From NCBI GenBank assembly GCA_048938105.1, contig JBHLMN010000009.1:96001-160000 (forward strand): a stretch of 64,000 bases of DNA. Reading direction: 5' to 3'. The translations under genes and the position numbers were made by a program. The stretch comes from Promethearchaeota archaeon. Lineage in GTDB: Archaea > Asgardarchaeota > Heimdallarchaeia > Hodarchaeales > Hodarchaeaceae. The notes under the pieces were generated by a model, which did not search any database, was not told the origin of the DNA, and saw nothing but the letters and a program-made list of their open reading frames with translations. This document shows, one piece after another, positions 50,749 to 61,019 of the stretch (position 1 is the stretch's first letter; each line of letters opens with the position of its first letter).

Positions 50749-52032
50749 ATGGTTAAACTTAATGTTGTAAATGTTGGGAAGATCGAAGGTCGTGCATATT
50801 TACATCCGTCTGACATTAGTAGCGTTGGTGTTGAAGAATTTGATTTTGTTAAGATTTCAACAGAATGGGAGGATTGGGGGGCAGTTCAAATCCTATCATC
50901 TGATGAAGTTAGTAAGGGAACAATTGCTGTTGATGATAGTGTGTTAAATTCAGCTAATATTTCGGACGGAGACGTATGTGAAGTAGAACCTGCAAAAATC
51001 GCTGCAGGTATTAAATCAATTAAACTTGGGATTGAACCATTAGCAGGCCAAGAAGTCGAGGAAGCAATCTTATGGATTGCTACTGAATTTGAAGAATTAT
51101 CAAATATTCTTCGAAATCGGCCTGTATTTTCAGGATTACAAATTGCTTGGGAAGACTGTCCTATAGGTAGCATAACAGTCAGATTTATGGGCTCGGAACC
51201 AGCCATCCAAGAAAATGAGATTGGTATTGTCGATCCTACTGGTCGTGAAGTTGAAATAAACATCATTCCATTTACTGAAATGAGCTTTAATGCCGTTTTA
51301 GTACTTGATGTTTCAGGTAGTATGCAAAAAAAGGATATGAAGGTAAAGAATATTAGTGGGGCTTTGGAAGGACTTAAAAAAGGTTTAGAGGAGACCGGCG
51401 AACTAAATACATTTATTGAAAGGTTTGTAGATGGAAAAAAGGTGTCTCGCGTTGATGCCGCGGCCATGGCAATTATGTTATTCATGAGCCTGAAGATAGC
51501 AAAAGGGTGGGGTGAACAAGTCCAGCTTATAACCTTCTCTGGGGATGTGGAAAAATTCACTCTGGGTGATTCACAAGTGATTTCTTGTGTTGGTGAAACC
51601 AAAAAAGCTGGAATTGAAAGCATTATCGGTCACGTCGTCCAAAAAACCGAAGAAAGTTCAGGGCTTACATTTCTCAGTGGAGCTCTTGATGAAGCATATA
51701 GCAGTATTGAGAATTTTGATGAAAATCCCACCATTAACAAGCGAAATCCAACGATGATCATTGTACTTACCGACGGTAACCCAAATAAAGGCAATGGCCT
51801 AGGAGTAAATCCAATTCCCGTGGTTAGAAAGAAGGTTGAGGAAAATCCTGAAGCTGTTCTGTATGCAATCGGACTAGGAGAAGCTGATAGGCTGATGCTT
51901 CGTCGTGTTGGAGAAATTGGCCGAGGGGGATCATTGATGGCAGATGATCTCGAGACACTCATTGATTTTTACGATTCATTAGCTCAGAATTTCCAAATGG
52001 TAGTTAAAATGAAGAAACAGGAAGTAGAGTAA
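50749..52032 (+). CDS. CDC48/VAT N-domain-like (double-psi barrel) fused to VWA domain
   Basis: GRAYLHPSDISSVGVEEFDFVKI...GTIAVDDSVLNSANISDGDVCEVEPA...NRPV; MIDAS DVSGS...T...TDG. Confidence 0.78.
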   Translation: MVKLNVVNVGKIEGRAYLHPSDISSVGVEEFDFVKISTEWEDWGAVQILSSDEVSKGTIAVDDSVLNSANISDGDVCEVEPAKIAAGIKSIKLGIEPLAGQEVEEAILWIATEFEELSNILRNRPVFSGLQIAWEDCPIGSITVRFMGSEPAIQENEIGIVDPTGREVEINIIPFTEMSFNAVLVLDVSGSMQKKDMKVKNISGALEGLKKGLEETGELNTFIERFVDGKKVSRVDAAAMAIMLFMSLKIAKGWGEQVQLITFSGDVEKFTLGDSQVISCVGETKKAGIESIIGHVVQKTEESSGLTFLSGALDEAYSSIENFDENPTINKRNPTMIIVLTDGNPNKGNGLGVNPIPVVRKKVEENPEAVLYAIGLGEADRLMLRRVGEIGRGGSLMADDLETLIDFYDSLAQNFQMVVKMKKQEVE

Positions 52033-52210
52033 AACAAACCTTATTATCTTCCTTTTTTTCAGTTATTTATCAATTCCTCTCTGATTATTAACAATGATTC
52101 CCCAGAATCATATACTCAAGTTCTTAAGATAATTATCTAAGTTATATTTTTATAGAATAGCAATAATAGCTTCCCTCCCATTCTGAAAAGGATTTTGGTC
52201 TTTACTATAG

Positions 52211-53740
52211 GTGGGATTAATGCCTCAATTTATAATACGCGAAATCACGATAGAACCAAAAGATATCGTTATAATCTCTCGAATTAATAACGAACACCTT
52301 GTTACACAGGCAAAATTTATTCTTTCTTTTGGTCAGAGAAAAATTACACCTGAGCAGGTACTTAAAGTAGAGAATTGGGTTGGAGAAGATGAAATAGGCC
52401 TATCACACTCTCTGATTAAGAGTCTAGGAGCTAGCGAAGGGGATGAAGTAGTTCTACAAACGCAAAGCCATTCTGCTTCAACAAGCTATTCTTTAATAAA
52501 ACAACGGATTTTACAACCAGGTAAAACATTCAATAAAGCTGAAATTGATCAAATTATCGGCGATATTACAAGCGGAACCCTCACTCCTTTAGAATCGTCA
52601 GTTTTTATAACATCACAGATGTTTCAAGAATGGAATATTTCTGAAATTGAATATTTGACCAAAGCTATTGCATGCTCAGGTCAAACAATAGATTGGAAAG
52701 ATCGTATTATTTTTGACAAGCATAGCTTAGGTGGTGTCCCAGGAAATAAAGTTTCTCTGTTGATTGTACCAATTATTGCTGCGGCTGGATTGACAATTCC
52801 CAAAACAAGTAGTCGTGCTATTACTAGTCCTTCTGGAACAGCGGACACAATGGAAGCTTTGGGTTGTGAGATTGAATTTTCTATTGATGAAATAGTTGAA
52901 ATCACTAGCCGTACTAATGGACTCATTGCTTGGACAGGAGGACTCAATATTGCCCCAGCTGATGAGAGGATTATAAGAGACGTCCAGTTTCCTTTAGGTA
53001 TTGATCCTGAGCCAATGATGATGGCATCAGTCCTTGCCAAAAAAGTTGCTATGGGTATACACTTTTTAGTGTTGGATATTCCAACTGGAATTGGGACTAA
53101 GGTTGAGAATATGAAATCGGGGAAAAGAATAGCGCATAGATTTGCGGAATTAGGCCAAAATCTTGGTATTCGAGTAGAAAGTGGAATAACTTATGGAAGT
53201 AGTCCTGTAGGTCATGCGATTGGTCCTGCTCTTGAAGCTCGTGAGGCATTAAATGCACTGATTAATCCTCAACTAGCCTCAGATTCGTTAATCGGAAAAA
53301 GTACCTCACTTGCAGGAATTCTTCTAGAAATGTCTGGTAAAGCGATTCGAGGTAGAGGTCAAGATTTGGCACTTGAAATAATAAATTCAGGTAAAGCGTA
53401 TAGAAAGTTCCAAGAAATCTTGGAGGCACAAAATGCAGATCCTAAGATCCAACCAGAAGATATTGAGGTGGGGGAATGTATGTACGAATATATCGCTCCT
53501 CAAAGCGGTTGGATTGTGGAGATTAACAACAACGTTATTTCAAGAGCAACACATGCAGCTGGAGCCCCAATGGATAAGGGTGCTGGGATTCAATTTCTCA
53601 AAAAGAAAGATTCTGTTAAAAGAGGAGAAGTTATATTTCAGTTATATGCTCCTAATGAACAAAAATTACGAGCAGCGGAATCGGAATTAGTAAAAAATGT
53701 TCCTTTTATAATCGAAGGCATGTTACTTGCTCGTGAATAA
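52211..53740 (+). CDS. deoA: AMP phosphorylase (archaeal thymidine-phosphorylase family)
   Basis: DKHSLGGVPGNK, KTSSRAITSPSGTADTME, ASVLAKK, IGPALEAREAL, GAPMDKGAG. Confidence 0.92.
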   Translation: MGLMPQFIIREITIEPKDIVIISRINNEHLVTQAKFILSFGQRKITPEQVLKVENWVGEDEIGLSHSLIKSLGASEGDEVVLQTQSHSASTSYSLIKQRILQPGKTFNKAEIDQIIGDITSGTLTPLESSVFITSQMFQEWNISEIEYLTKAIACSGQTIDWKDRIIFDKHSLGGVPGNKVSLLIVPIIAAAGLTIPKTSSRAITSPSGTADTMEALGCEIEFSIDEIVEITSRTNGLIAWTGGLNIAPADERIIRDVQFPLGIDPEPMMMASVLAKKVAMGIHFLVLDIPTGIGTKVENMKSGKRIAHRFAELGQNLGIRVESGITYGSSPVGHAIGPALEAREALNALINPQLASDSLIGKSTSLAGILLEMSGKAIRGRGQDLALEIINSGKAYRKFQEILEAQNADPKIQPEDIEVGECMYEYIAPQSGWIVEINNNVISRATHAAGAPMDKGAGIQFLKKKDSVKRGEVIFQLYAPNEQKLRAAESELVKNVPFIIEGMLLARE

Positions 53741-53797
53741 TCTACATTTAATATAATAACTTGATGTGTCCAAACTGTGCGTGTAGGCTAGGTAATT

Positions 53798-54181
53798 GTG
53801 TCAGATCTTCAATTATTACTAACAAGATTCATTCAATACTGTAATGAACTTGGGAATGATGCTCTTTTCATCGTAGAGGGAAAAAATGATACTAAAGCGC
53901 TACGATCATTGGGTCTTATGGGACGAATTATAGAAAAAGGAGTGTTACCTCTGAATGAATTAACTGATCTTGTTTTCCATGCTCCTATTATCGTGATTTT
54001 AACAGACTTCGACCGAAAAGGAAAACATTTGAGAAAAATAATTATAAAAGAGGTTCAACATAGACAAAAGCATGGGAAAATTGATAATTACGCTAGGCAA
54101 TTACTTTATAGATTCTGTAGAGCTTATCGAATAACAGAAATTGAAAATCTAGATCGATTTGCTTTTAATATTCAGGATTAA
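53798..54181 (+). CDS. Small toprim-domain protein
   Basis: VEGKND..AL, LTDFDRKG. Confidence 0.88.
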   Translation: MSDLQLLLTRFIQYCNELGNDALFIVEGKNDTKALRSLGLMGRIIEKGVLPLNELTDLVFHAPIIVILTDFDRKGKHLRKIIIKEVQHRQKHGKIDNYARQLLYRFCRAYRITEIENLDRFAFNIQD

Positions 54182-54333
54182 CACTAAACAGCTTTCTTAA
54201 CAAGTCTATTGAAAAGGACATAAATGCTATTAATTGTATTCGCTGCACTTGAATCTAAACACTATTTTGTTTATACTCCTAGTAATGCGTTCAAAAAATC
54301 CTTATTTGTTATTAAACTCATCAGGTGTAAATA

Positions 54334-55410
54334 ATGCAGGCAATTATGAAGGTAAAAGAGGAAAAAGGGTTTGAAATTCGAGAAGTTCCCGAACCTGAGA
54401 TAACACATACGAATGAAGTTAAAATTAAAGTTGATGTTGCTTCCATTTGTGGTACAGATCATCATATGTGGGATTACGACCAATGGGCTCAAAAACGCTT
54501 ACCTCCAGCTATCCCATTTATCGCTGGTCACGAATTAGGAGGAGAAGTTATCGAAATCGGTACTGATGTCAAGAATCTTCAGATTGGGGACAAAGTTTCA
54601 CTTGAGTGTCATGAGGCTTGTGGTACCTGTTATCAATGTCGAAGTGATCGTATGCACATCTGTCGGTACACTAAGATTTTTGGTGTTGACAAAGATGGGA
54701 TATTCACAGAGTTTGCTGTTGTCCCCGAACTCAATTTAGTAAAAAATGATGCTAATCTTGATCCCGCTCTCGCTTCTCTTCAAGATCCCCTAGGAAATGC
54801 TGTCCATACAGTTTTTCCCAAGAATTTAACTGAAGACGAAGGGATTGCTGGGAAAAATATCTTTATAACTGGTTGTGGACCAATAGGTTTAATGGCCATT
54901 CCAGTTGTACAATCATTTGGAGCAGCCCAAGTCTTTGCTAGTGGTGGAGGTCGAAATTTACTAAGGCTCGAAATGGCGAAAAAATTAGGAGCAGATATGG
55001 TTCTTAATGCTCGTGAAGAAAAGAATATTCCTAAAATCATCAAGGATGCAACTGATGGAAATGGTGTTGACATCCTCTTAGAGATGTCTGGTAATGTTAA
55101 CGCTTTACGTCAAGGTTTGGAATCATTAACATTAGGCGGACGTGTCTCCTTATTAGGCTTCTTCCCTGGCCCAATCGAATTTGATATAAATTCACTAATG
55201 ATTAGTAAAGGTGCTAGTATATATGGGATCGCTGGCCGCCGGATGTTTGAGACGTGGCAAGTTATGGGGGGTATTTTAAAATCTAAAGAATTTCAGAATC
55301 AATTAAAGAAGTTAATAACACATCGTGTTAATATGGCTGATTGGGAAAAAGGAATGATCGAGATCCATGAGAAGAGAGCTGTGAAAGTTGTTATGGATCC
55401 GTTCAAATGA
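54334..55410 (+). CDS. tdh: L-threonine 3-dehydrogenase
   Basis: ICGTD.H, GHE, CGTCYQC...HIC, DPLGNAVHT, GCGPIG, GRRMFETW. Confidence 0.9.
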   Translation: MQAIMKVKEEKGFEIREVPEPEITHTNEVKIKVDVASICGTDHHMWDYDQWAQKRLPPAIPFIAGHELGGEVIEIGTDVKNLQIGDKVSLECHEACGTCYQCRSDRMHICRYTKIFGVDKDGIFTEFAVVPELNLVKNDANLDPALASLQDPLGNAVHTVFPKNLTEDEGIAGKNIFITGCGPIGLMAIPVVQSFGAAQVFASGGGRNLLRLEMAKKLGADMVLNAREEKNIPKIIKDATDGNGVDILLEMSGNVNALRQGLESLTLGGRVSLLGFFPGPIEFDINSLMISKGASIYGIAGRRMFETWQVMGGILKSKEFQNQLKKLITHRVNMADWEKGMIEIHEKRAVKVVMDPFK

Positions 55411-55420
55411 TTCTCAGAGT

Positions 55421-55738
55421 TTATTTTCCTAAAAATCGCCTTAATAACCCCTTCTTCTTGAAATGTTTATGCCATTGCCGTAGTATTTCATCGCTACAAT
55501 CATAAGGGCCAGTTAACGCATAGAATTCAATTCCTGTATTCACGGCGAGTTTTCTTAAGTATTCACGATCGAGTTGAGATTCATTTATTTCAATAGTTTT
55601 TAATTTCCTTCCAACGTTGAAAAAAGTTAAGCGATAACCCTCTTTGGTTCTTTGCATCTCACAATAGTGATTTCTACTTGAGGGAACCTGGAATCTAATT
55701 TTTTGGTTATTGGGTACCACAAAATCACAGCAAACCAA
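55421..55738 (-). CDS. Hypothetical protein
   Basis: Isolated 105-aa ORF filling an intergenic gap; basic C-terminus. Confidence 0.55.
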   Translation of the reverse strand: MVCCDFVVPNNQKIRFQVPSSRNHYCEMQRTKEGYRLTFFNVGRKLKTIEINESQLDREYLRKLAVNTGIEFYALTGPYDCSDEILRQWHKHFKKKGLLRRFLGK

Positions 55739-55922
55739 TTAATCTATAAATTTTTACCTATTTTACACGCTTTAGCTAGTAAAACATCCATTTTGAATGT
55801 TATTTTTATGTTCGATAACAATAAAAAATAACTACTTAGCTTTCATAACAATGAAAGTATTAGCTCCTTCAATAATTAATTAACCTTAGAGGGAATTAAT
55901 CCGCCTATGGGTGGCATAAGGA

Positions 55923-58900
55923 ATGTCAGAAATTCAAAAAGAGCTATCAAAAGCTAAAACAAATGAAGATGAAGGGAATTTTGAGAAAGCTGCTCAAAAC
56001 TACTTCAAGGCAGCTAAGCTGACAAATGATCTCAAACTTTACAATAAAGCCTTTTTTACTGCGAGAAAATCTGGTAGTACCAATCTAATGTTCCAAACAG
56101 GAAAAAACTACTACGATATATTAGATCAAGAGGATCAAGAGGAGAAGATTAAAGAATTAATTCCAACGTTCTTGGAAGTTTCGGGTCGTGAACGAGATCG
56201 TTTGTCTGAATCCCCAGAGGAAATGATTGAGGTTCTAGATTGGACTACTAAATTGTATCAACTAGTAGGAAAAACAGATGCTGCTTATGATATCTCTTTA
56301 CAAACTGGAGACTCTTATTTTTCTTATGGGCAGCACCTCTTAACTACAAAAGCGAGATTAGGCAAGGAAGAAAAATGGCAAAGAGGATTAGAGCTATTTG
56401 AAAAAGCTGTGGAAGCTTTTCAGAAGATAAGGTTAGATAGGCAATCGCTTGAGAAAATTCTTGAAGTTAAGCTTGATAAAATAAGCAAATTAATCGACAT
56501 TAATCGTCATGTGGAGGGGATTGAAGAGACTTCAACTTTAATGGAATTTTATAGATCTCAAGCAGCAGAAATTGTTCCGTATTCCCATGAAGTTTTGTCC
56601 CTAAAGATTGCTGAAACTTTAGCGGATAAAAGTCTTGTTGCTGCCCGAGATAAACAATTTACTATTGCAGATGTGTTAATGAAGTCAGCAAAGGCAGGTT
56701 ATGAGAATGCAGGGGAGTTTATTAAAGTAGCTCCTTATTTGTGGCAGTTAGCAGTAATTTATGATGAATTTGATCAAAAAGAACTCTTTTTCTCTCTTGT
56801 AGACACAACTTATGACACAGTTTTGAAGTATGAGGATGAATCAATCCAACAAACGATTTTAAATTATCTAGACAATCAAGCAAAAAGCATTTGCTCAAAA
56901 ATCATCAATTCTCGTCTTCTAATGGTTAAGAAAGGCCCAATAGAATTCCAAAACAATGATGGTGTGCAGTATTTATTAAAAAGTATAGATTTGGCTAAAA
57001 AAATTAATAATGTTGACATTCCTGACAAAGCACTTGAATTTCTCTTTCAATATGCGCAAACCATGTATGACAAGAAATTAACAAAGCGTTCTCTTCCTTA
57101 CTTAGAATTTTGCGCTCAAAACTGGTGGACCTTACCAGAAAGATCAAATAAGACACATGAAATCATTGCCTACCTAGAATCAAAATTTGGGAATTTAATC
57201 ACCGAGGGTAAATTTAATAAAGCATCAAGGCACCTTAGATGCATAATTTCGATTAAAATCTTTATGGAGGATTTTGAAAGTGCTGGAACTTCCGCCTATT
57301 CATTTGCTCAATCAGCAGGCCAGCAAGGAAAACAAGAGATAGAATTGGAATTTCTAGAACAGGCTTATGATGCTTTTAATTCTGTAAAAGCAACAAAGAA
57401 TTTACAGGATATGCTTAACTATGTTAACCAACAGATGGAACCACTTTTTAATTTGGATTCCAAATCACAAGAACCCAGAGAGAGTTTCATTCATTTAGGA
57501 GAATTAATTGCTGCAGCAATATCAGAAGAAACTCAAGGAGATTTTTTTCAGGGCACTGCCATAAAAGCTCTCAATTCTGGGTTAATTGACTTAGGAATCA
57601 GCTTTACTGATAAAACATTTGAAGTTCTGAAGACTTATGATCAACATGCTGCTGCTGATTTCTACTTCAATGTGGGCTCTATTCTGTTAGAAACTGATAT
57701 GGAAAAAGCATTTAATTTTATTTCAAAATCAACGGAATTTGCAACAAAATATGAACCCCTAAAGGATCTTGTAGATCGTAATCTTGATTATATCCAAAAT
57801 AATGCACTTACAAGTACTGATCTATCTGTTAAAATATTTTTAGTAAAGAAATTGGAACTTCTCTATGAAATAGTTGAGAGAGGTGATGTATTCAATGAAT
57901 TCCTTTTCATATTAGCTCAAAACCTCTCTGAAAATACAAAACAACCAAATTACTTCACTGAAATGAAGAATTATCTCTCTAAGTCTTTTTACGGTTTCCA
58001 TACTCAAGACCCTAATCATCCAAAACTCTCTGAGATCATTACATGGACAAATAATCACATTCTTGAAGCATATACGGATACAGAACATACTCAAATGTAT
58101 GAGCTTGCTATCCAAAATTTAGCATTTCATAAAGAATTGAACCAAATCCAAGAATATATTAATTTCTTTTGGGACCTTTTTAATAAGTTTGTATCAACTG
58201 AGGATTTCCCTCACGCAGTTGCTTATTTCAAACAGTTATATGAAACCCTTGATCAGTTAGAGCAACACACTGAAATTAAAAAGGAAATCACAGAGCAAGT
58301 AGCATCAAGTATAGATCGAGGTATCAAACCACGGATAGCTGATGAAAAATTTGATGAAGCTTGGCCTATCATTGAAGGATTATTCTCAATACTTGAGGAA
58401 GTAAATTCACATTCAGAAGCGATAAACCTTTATCAAACCAATGCTCAACTTTTTGCACCTCATCGCTTAGATCTAGCTTTAACTATGTGGAGTCAAGCTA
58501 TTAACAAAGCTAAGACAATTAACGATACTGATGACATAACCACTATTACAAAGGTTATTATTGATGATATTATACCAATTTATCTTGAAAGAGGAATTCC
58601 ACGGGCAGTAAACCAATTGTATTCCCAGGCTGCTTCTGCTTTCAATGCCTTAGGAAATAGCGCTGCTATGCTAGAAGCCATGCTAAATGTAACTAGGTAT
58701 AACTTATCTTTAAGTGATTTTGAAGCTGTTCATCAACTTGGGAAAAAAGGATTTGATTTAGCCACTAAATTTAAACTTGATGAACCACTGTTTGAATTCG
58801 CCAATATGTTTTTTGCAGTGGGCAGCGGCTTGTTAGTAGAAGATCCTGAGACTGGAGTCGAGTTGATAAAAACTGCTTCAGATTACTTAAGAGATTATGG

Positions 58901-59408
58901 ACCATCTGGTTATGATCATTATTGTATAAAGATGGCAGAAATTTACGAGGAATTATATAACACTCCCTTGACGCAACAAGTAGCGCAAAATGAACGAGAG
59001 AAGATATTACAGCATTTTAAGGATTCAGGAAAAAAGAAAGAAGAAGGACGTTTTCTCGTGAAGAGTGCAAATTTAAGTTTTCAAGCTGGTAATATAAATG
59101 AGGGATTAAACCTAATTTCTCAGGCTACAGGTATCTTAAAGGAGCTAGAAGATGAGGATGGCTTAAGTGAGATAGTAAGTACTTGTCTAAAAACAGCTGC
59201 AAACTATCGTGTTGGAACAGACGAGTATATAGCCCTTTCTCGTCATGCTGCCAGTGTTCAAGAGACAGCGACAGTTAAGATTTCTAAAGAAAAAACACAG
59301 GAAGCATTTACAGATCTTTTTGATGGATTATTAGATGATATGACAAGTCTAATGGATCCAAAAGAACGAGAAAAAAGAGAGAAGGAGAAGAAACGGAAAA
59401 GAAGATAA
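55923..59408 (+). CDS. Large alpha-solenoid (TPR/alpha-SNAP-like) protein
   Basis: 1161 aa of amphipathic helical repeats (GNFEKAAQNYFKAA, AKAGYENAGE, AADFYFNVG). Confidence 0.75.
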   Translation: MSEIQKELSKAKTNEDEGNFEKAAQNYFKAAKLTNDLKLYNKAFFTARKSGSTNLMFQTGKNYYDILDQEDQEEKIKELIPTFLEVSGRERDRLSESPEEMIEVLDWTTKLYQLVGKTDAAYDISLQTGDSYFSYGQHLLTTKARLGKEEKWQRGLELFEKAVEAFQKIRLDRQSLEKILEVKLDKISKLIDINRHVEGIEETSTLMEFYRSQAAEIVPYSHEVLSLKIAETLADKSLVAARDKQFTIADVLMKSAKAGYENAGEFIKVAPYLWQLAVIYDEFDQKELFFSLVDTTYDTVLKYEDESIQQTILNYLDNQAKSICSKIINSRLLMVKKGPIEFQNNDGVQYLLKSIDLAKKINNVDIPDKALEFLFQYAQTMYDKKLTKRSLPYLEFCAQNWWTLPERSNKTHEIIAYLESKFGNLITEGKFNKASRHLRCIISIKIFMEDFESAGTSAYSFAQSAGQQGKQEIELEFLEQAYDAFNSVKATKNLQDMLNYVNQQMEPLFNLDSKSQEPRESFIHLGELIAAAISEETQGDFFQGTAIKALNSGLIDLGISFTDKTFEVLKTYDQHAAADFYFNVGSILLETDMEKAFNFISKSTEFATKYEPLKDLVDRNLDYIQNNALTSTDLSVKIFLVKKLELLYEIVERGDVFNEFLFILAQNLSENTKQPNYFTEMKNYLSKSFYGFHTQDPNHPKLSEIITWTNNHILEAYTDTEHTQMYELAIQNLAFHKELNQIQEYINFFWDLFNKFVSTEDFPHAVAYFKQLYETLDQLEQHTEIKKEITEQVASSIDRGIKPRIADEKFDEAWPIIEGLFSILEEVNSHSEAINLYQTNAQLFAPHRLDLALTMWSQAINKAKTINDTDDITTITKVIIDDIIPIYLERGIPRAVNQLYSQAASAFNALGNSAAMLEAMLNVTRYNLSLSDFEAVHQLGKKGFDLATKFKLDEPLFEFANMFFAVGSGLLVEDPETGVELIKTASDYLRDYGPSGYDHYCIKMAEIYEELYNTPLTQQVAQNEREKILQHFKDSGKKKEEGRFLVKSANLSFQAGNINEGLNLISQATGILKELEDEDGLSEIVSTCLKTAANYRVGTDEYIALSRHAASVQETATVKISKEKTQEAFTDLFDGLLDDMTSLMDPKEREKREKEKKRKRR

Positions 59409-59532
59409 TAAGACCTAATTCAGCTCTCTCTGGATCTCTTACGACATGTGTTGTTTTTGGCACAACAATTCTTACAGTAATTTTATTAATTCATAAGGAA
59501 ATATTACGATCTACTTTATTATTTCTGTAGAT

Positions 59533-60987
59533 GTGTTTCAAATGAAAACTTCAGCCTATAAACCAGCCCGATTTCAAGCATTTAGTTGGTCCATCGCACG
59601 ATTTGGCGATTCAATTATGGGTAATGTTCTTTCTATTTTTGTGATCTTATTTTATTTACAAGAAGTATTAACTCGACCATCAAATTTTGATGCTCTTTTT
59701 GTCACAATAATTACTTTCTCAGCAAAACTATCTGAAGGTCTCATGAACGTACCAGTTGCTCGCATTTCAGACAATATACGCACAAGGTGGGGTAGGAGAC
59801 GCCCTTTTCTTCTTCTCGCTCCTTTGTGGAGTCTTTTCTTCATTCTTGTCTTTTGGTGTCCTTTTAAAGAAGATCAAATCCTTTTGGTTCTAGTTTGGCT
59901 ATTAATCACCTACGGTGGATTTCGATGGAGTAATGCTGCAGTTATTAATCCACATCTAGCATTACTTCCAGAGATTGCTCCTGAAAAGCATCAACGAACA
60001 AATTATCAAGCATATAAATCTTTTTTTCAACTTATAGGCACAATACTCGGTGTACTAATTTTCCCTATCCTTAGGAGCTTCATTGCATCCAATTTTTTGA
60101 TCAACGATCGTACTACTGCGGGTATAGCTGCGATTCCACTTGGAATCGTAGCATTTCTAGGGATGATGGTGACTTTCTTCGGTGTCCGAGAAAATGAAAA
60201 TGCTAGTTTAACCTATTTTGGTACAATTGAATCATTCAAAGCCACTTTTAAAAATGCGACTTTTTTTCCTAGCTACTTAGCAACGGCAGCAACAGTAATG
60301 TTAGCAGAAGCTATGTTACTTGCTGCCATTCCAATGATTGGAGTAAACATCATTGGTTTAAACCCAGATGATATAATGGTTTCTCTTTTGTCTGGTTTAT
60401 TTGTTATAACTGCAATTGCTGTGATTCCTTTTATTGTTTATTTTTCAAAACGAATGGGAAAAGCACGGCTATACTACTATTGTTTTCTCTTCTTTGGTAT
60501 ACTTTCTTGGTTAACTGTTTTAATTGGTCAAATACCATTCATCACTCCCATTAATACTGTCGAATTTCTTCCTGAATTAGTTGTTAGCCCAGATTGGCAA
60601 AGTTTTGTTATAATCCAAACCCTCTTGACTGTAATTCTAGTTGGAATCCCTGTTGGTGGCGTGATTGTCCTCCAATATTCAGTCTTTGCTGACGTGATCG
60701 ATGTTGATGAAGAATTAACAGGACAACGAAGAGAATCTATGTATTTTGCATCACAGGGGGTTGTTGATTGGTTTTTCGCCGCTTGTGGGGATTTAATGCT
60801 TGGTATCCTCCTCTTTCTTTTTGGTAGAGAATATTACTCCCCTAGTTTTGAAACAGAGGCTGGAATATTGGGTACAGGACCTTTAGGCCTGTTATTGGTA
60901 GGACCAGTGGCAGGAACAACTTTGATCTTAGGAGCTTTACTCTTTCGTCGCTATCCTTTGATGGAAGGGAAGGGGAATTTAAACTGA
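59533..60987 (+). CDS. MFS/GPH-family sugar:cation symporter
   Basis: SDNIRTRWGRRRPF, ADVIDVDEELTGQRRE; about 12 TM helices. Confidence 0.9.
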   Translation: MFQMKTSAYKPARFQAFSWSIARFGDSIMGNVLSIFVILFYLQEVLTRPSNFDALFVTIITFSAKLSEGLMNVPVARISDNIRTRWGRRRPFLLLAPLWSLFFILVFWCPFKEDQILLVLVWLLITYGGFRWSNAAVINPHLALLPEIAPEKHQRTNYQAYKSFFQLIGTILGVLIFPILRSFIASNFLINDRTTAGIAAIPLGIVAFLGMMVTFFGVRENENASLTYFGTIESFKATFKNATFFPSYLATAATVMLAEAMLLAAIPMIGVNIIGLNPDDIMVSLLSGLFVITAIAVIPFIVYFSKRMGKARLYYYCFLFFGILSWLTVLIGQIPFITPINTVEFLPELVVSPDWQSFVIIQTLLTVILVGIPVGGVIVLQYSVFADVIDVDEELTGQRRESMYFASQGVVDWFFAACGDLMLGILLFLFGREYYSPSFETEAGILGTGPLGLLLVGPVAGTTLILGALLFRRYPLMEGKGNLN

Positions 60988-61019
60988 GAAAACATAAGAA
61001 AATTCTCAAGCATCTCAAA

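Noticed and set aside
50886-51962. Long antisense ORFs (245 aa, 110 aa) and the other short overlapping ORFs in the track
   Set aside because: They are shadow frames of well-supported genes on the opposite strand, with no recognisable motifs.
22550-53740. RuBisCO homologue plus AMP phosphorylase as a pentose-bisphosphate CO2-fixing pathway
   Set aside because: The genes are 28 kb apart, no R15P isomerase is seen, and the RuBisCO homologue lacks K175/K177/R295, so it is unlikely to carboxylate.
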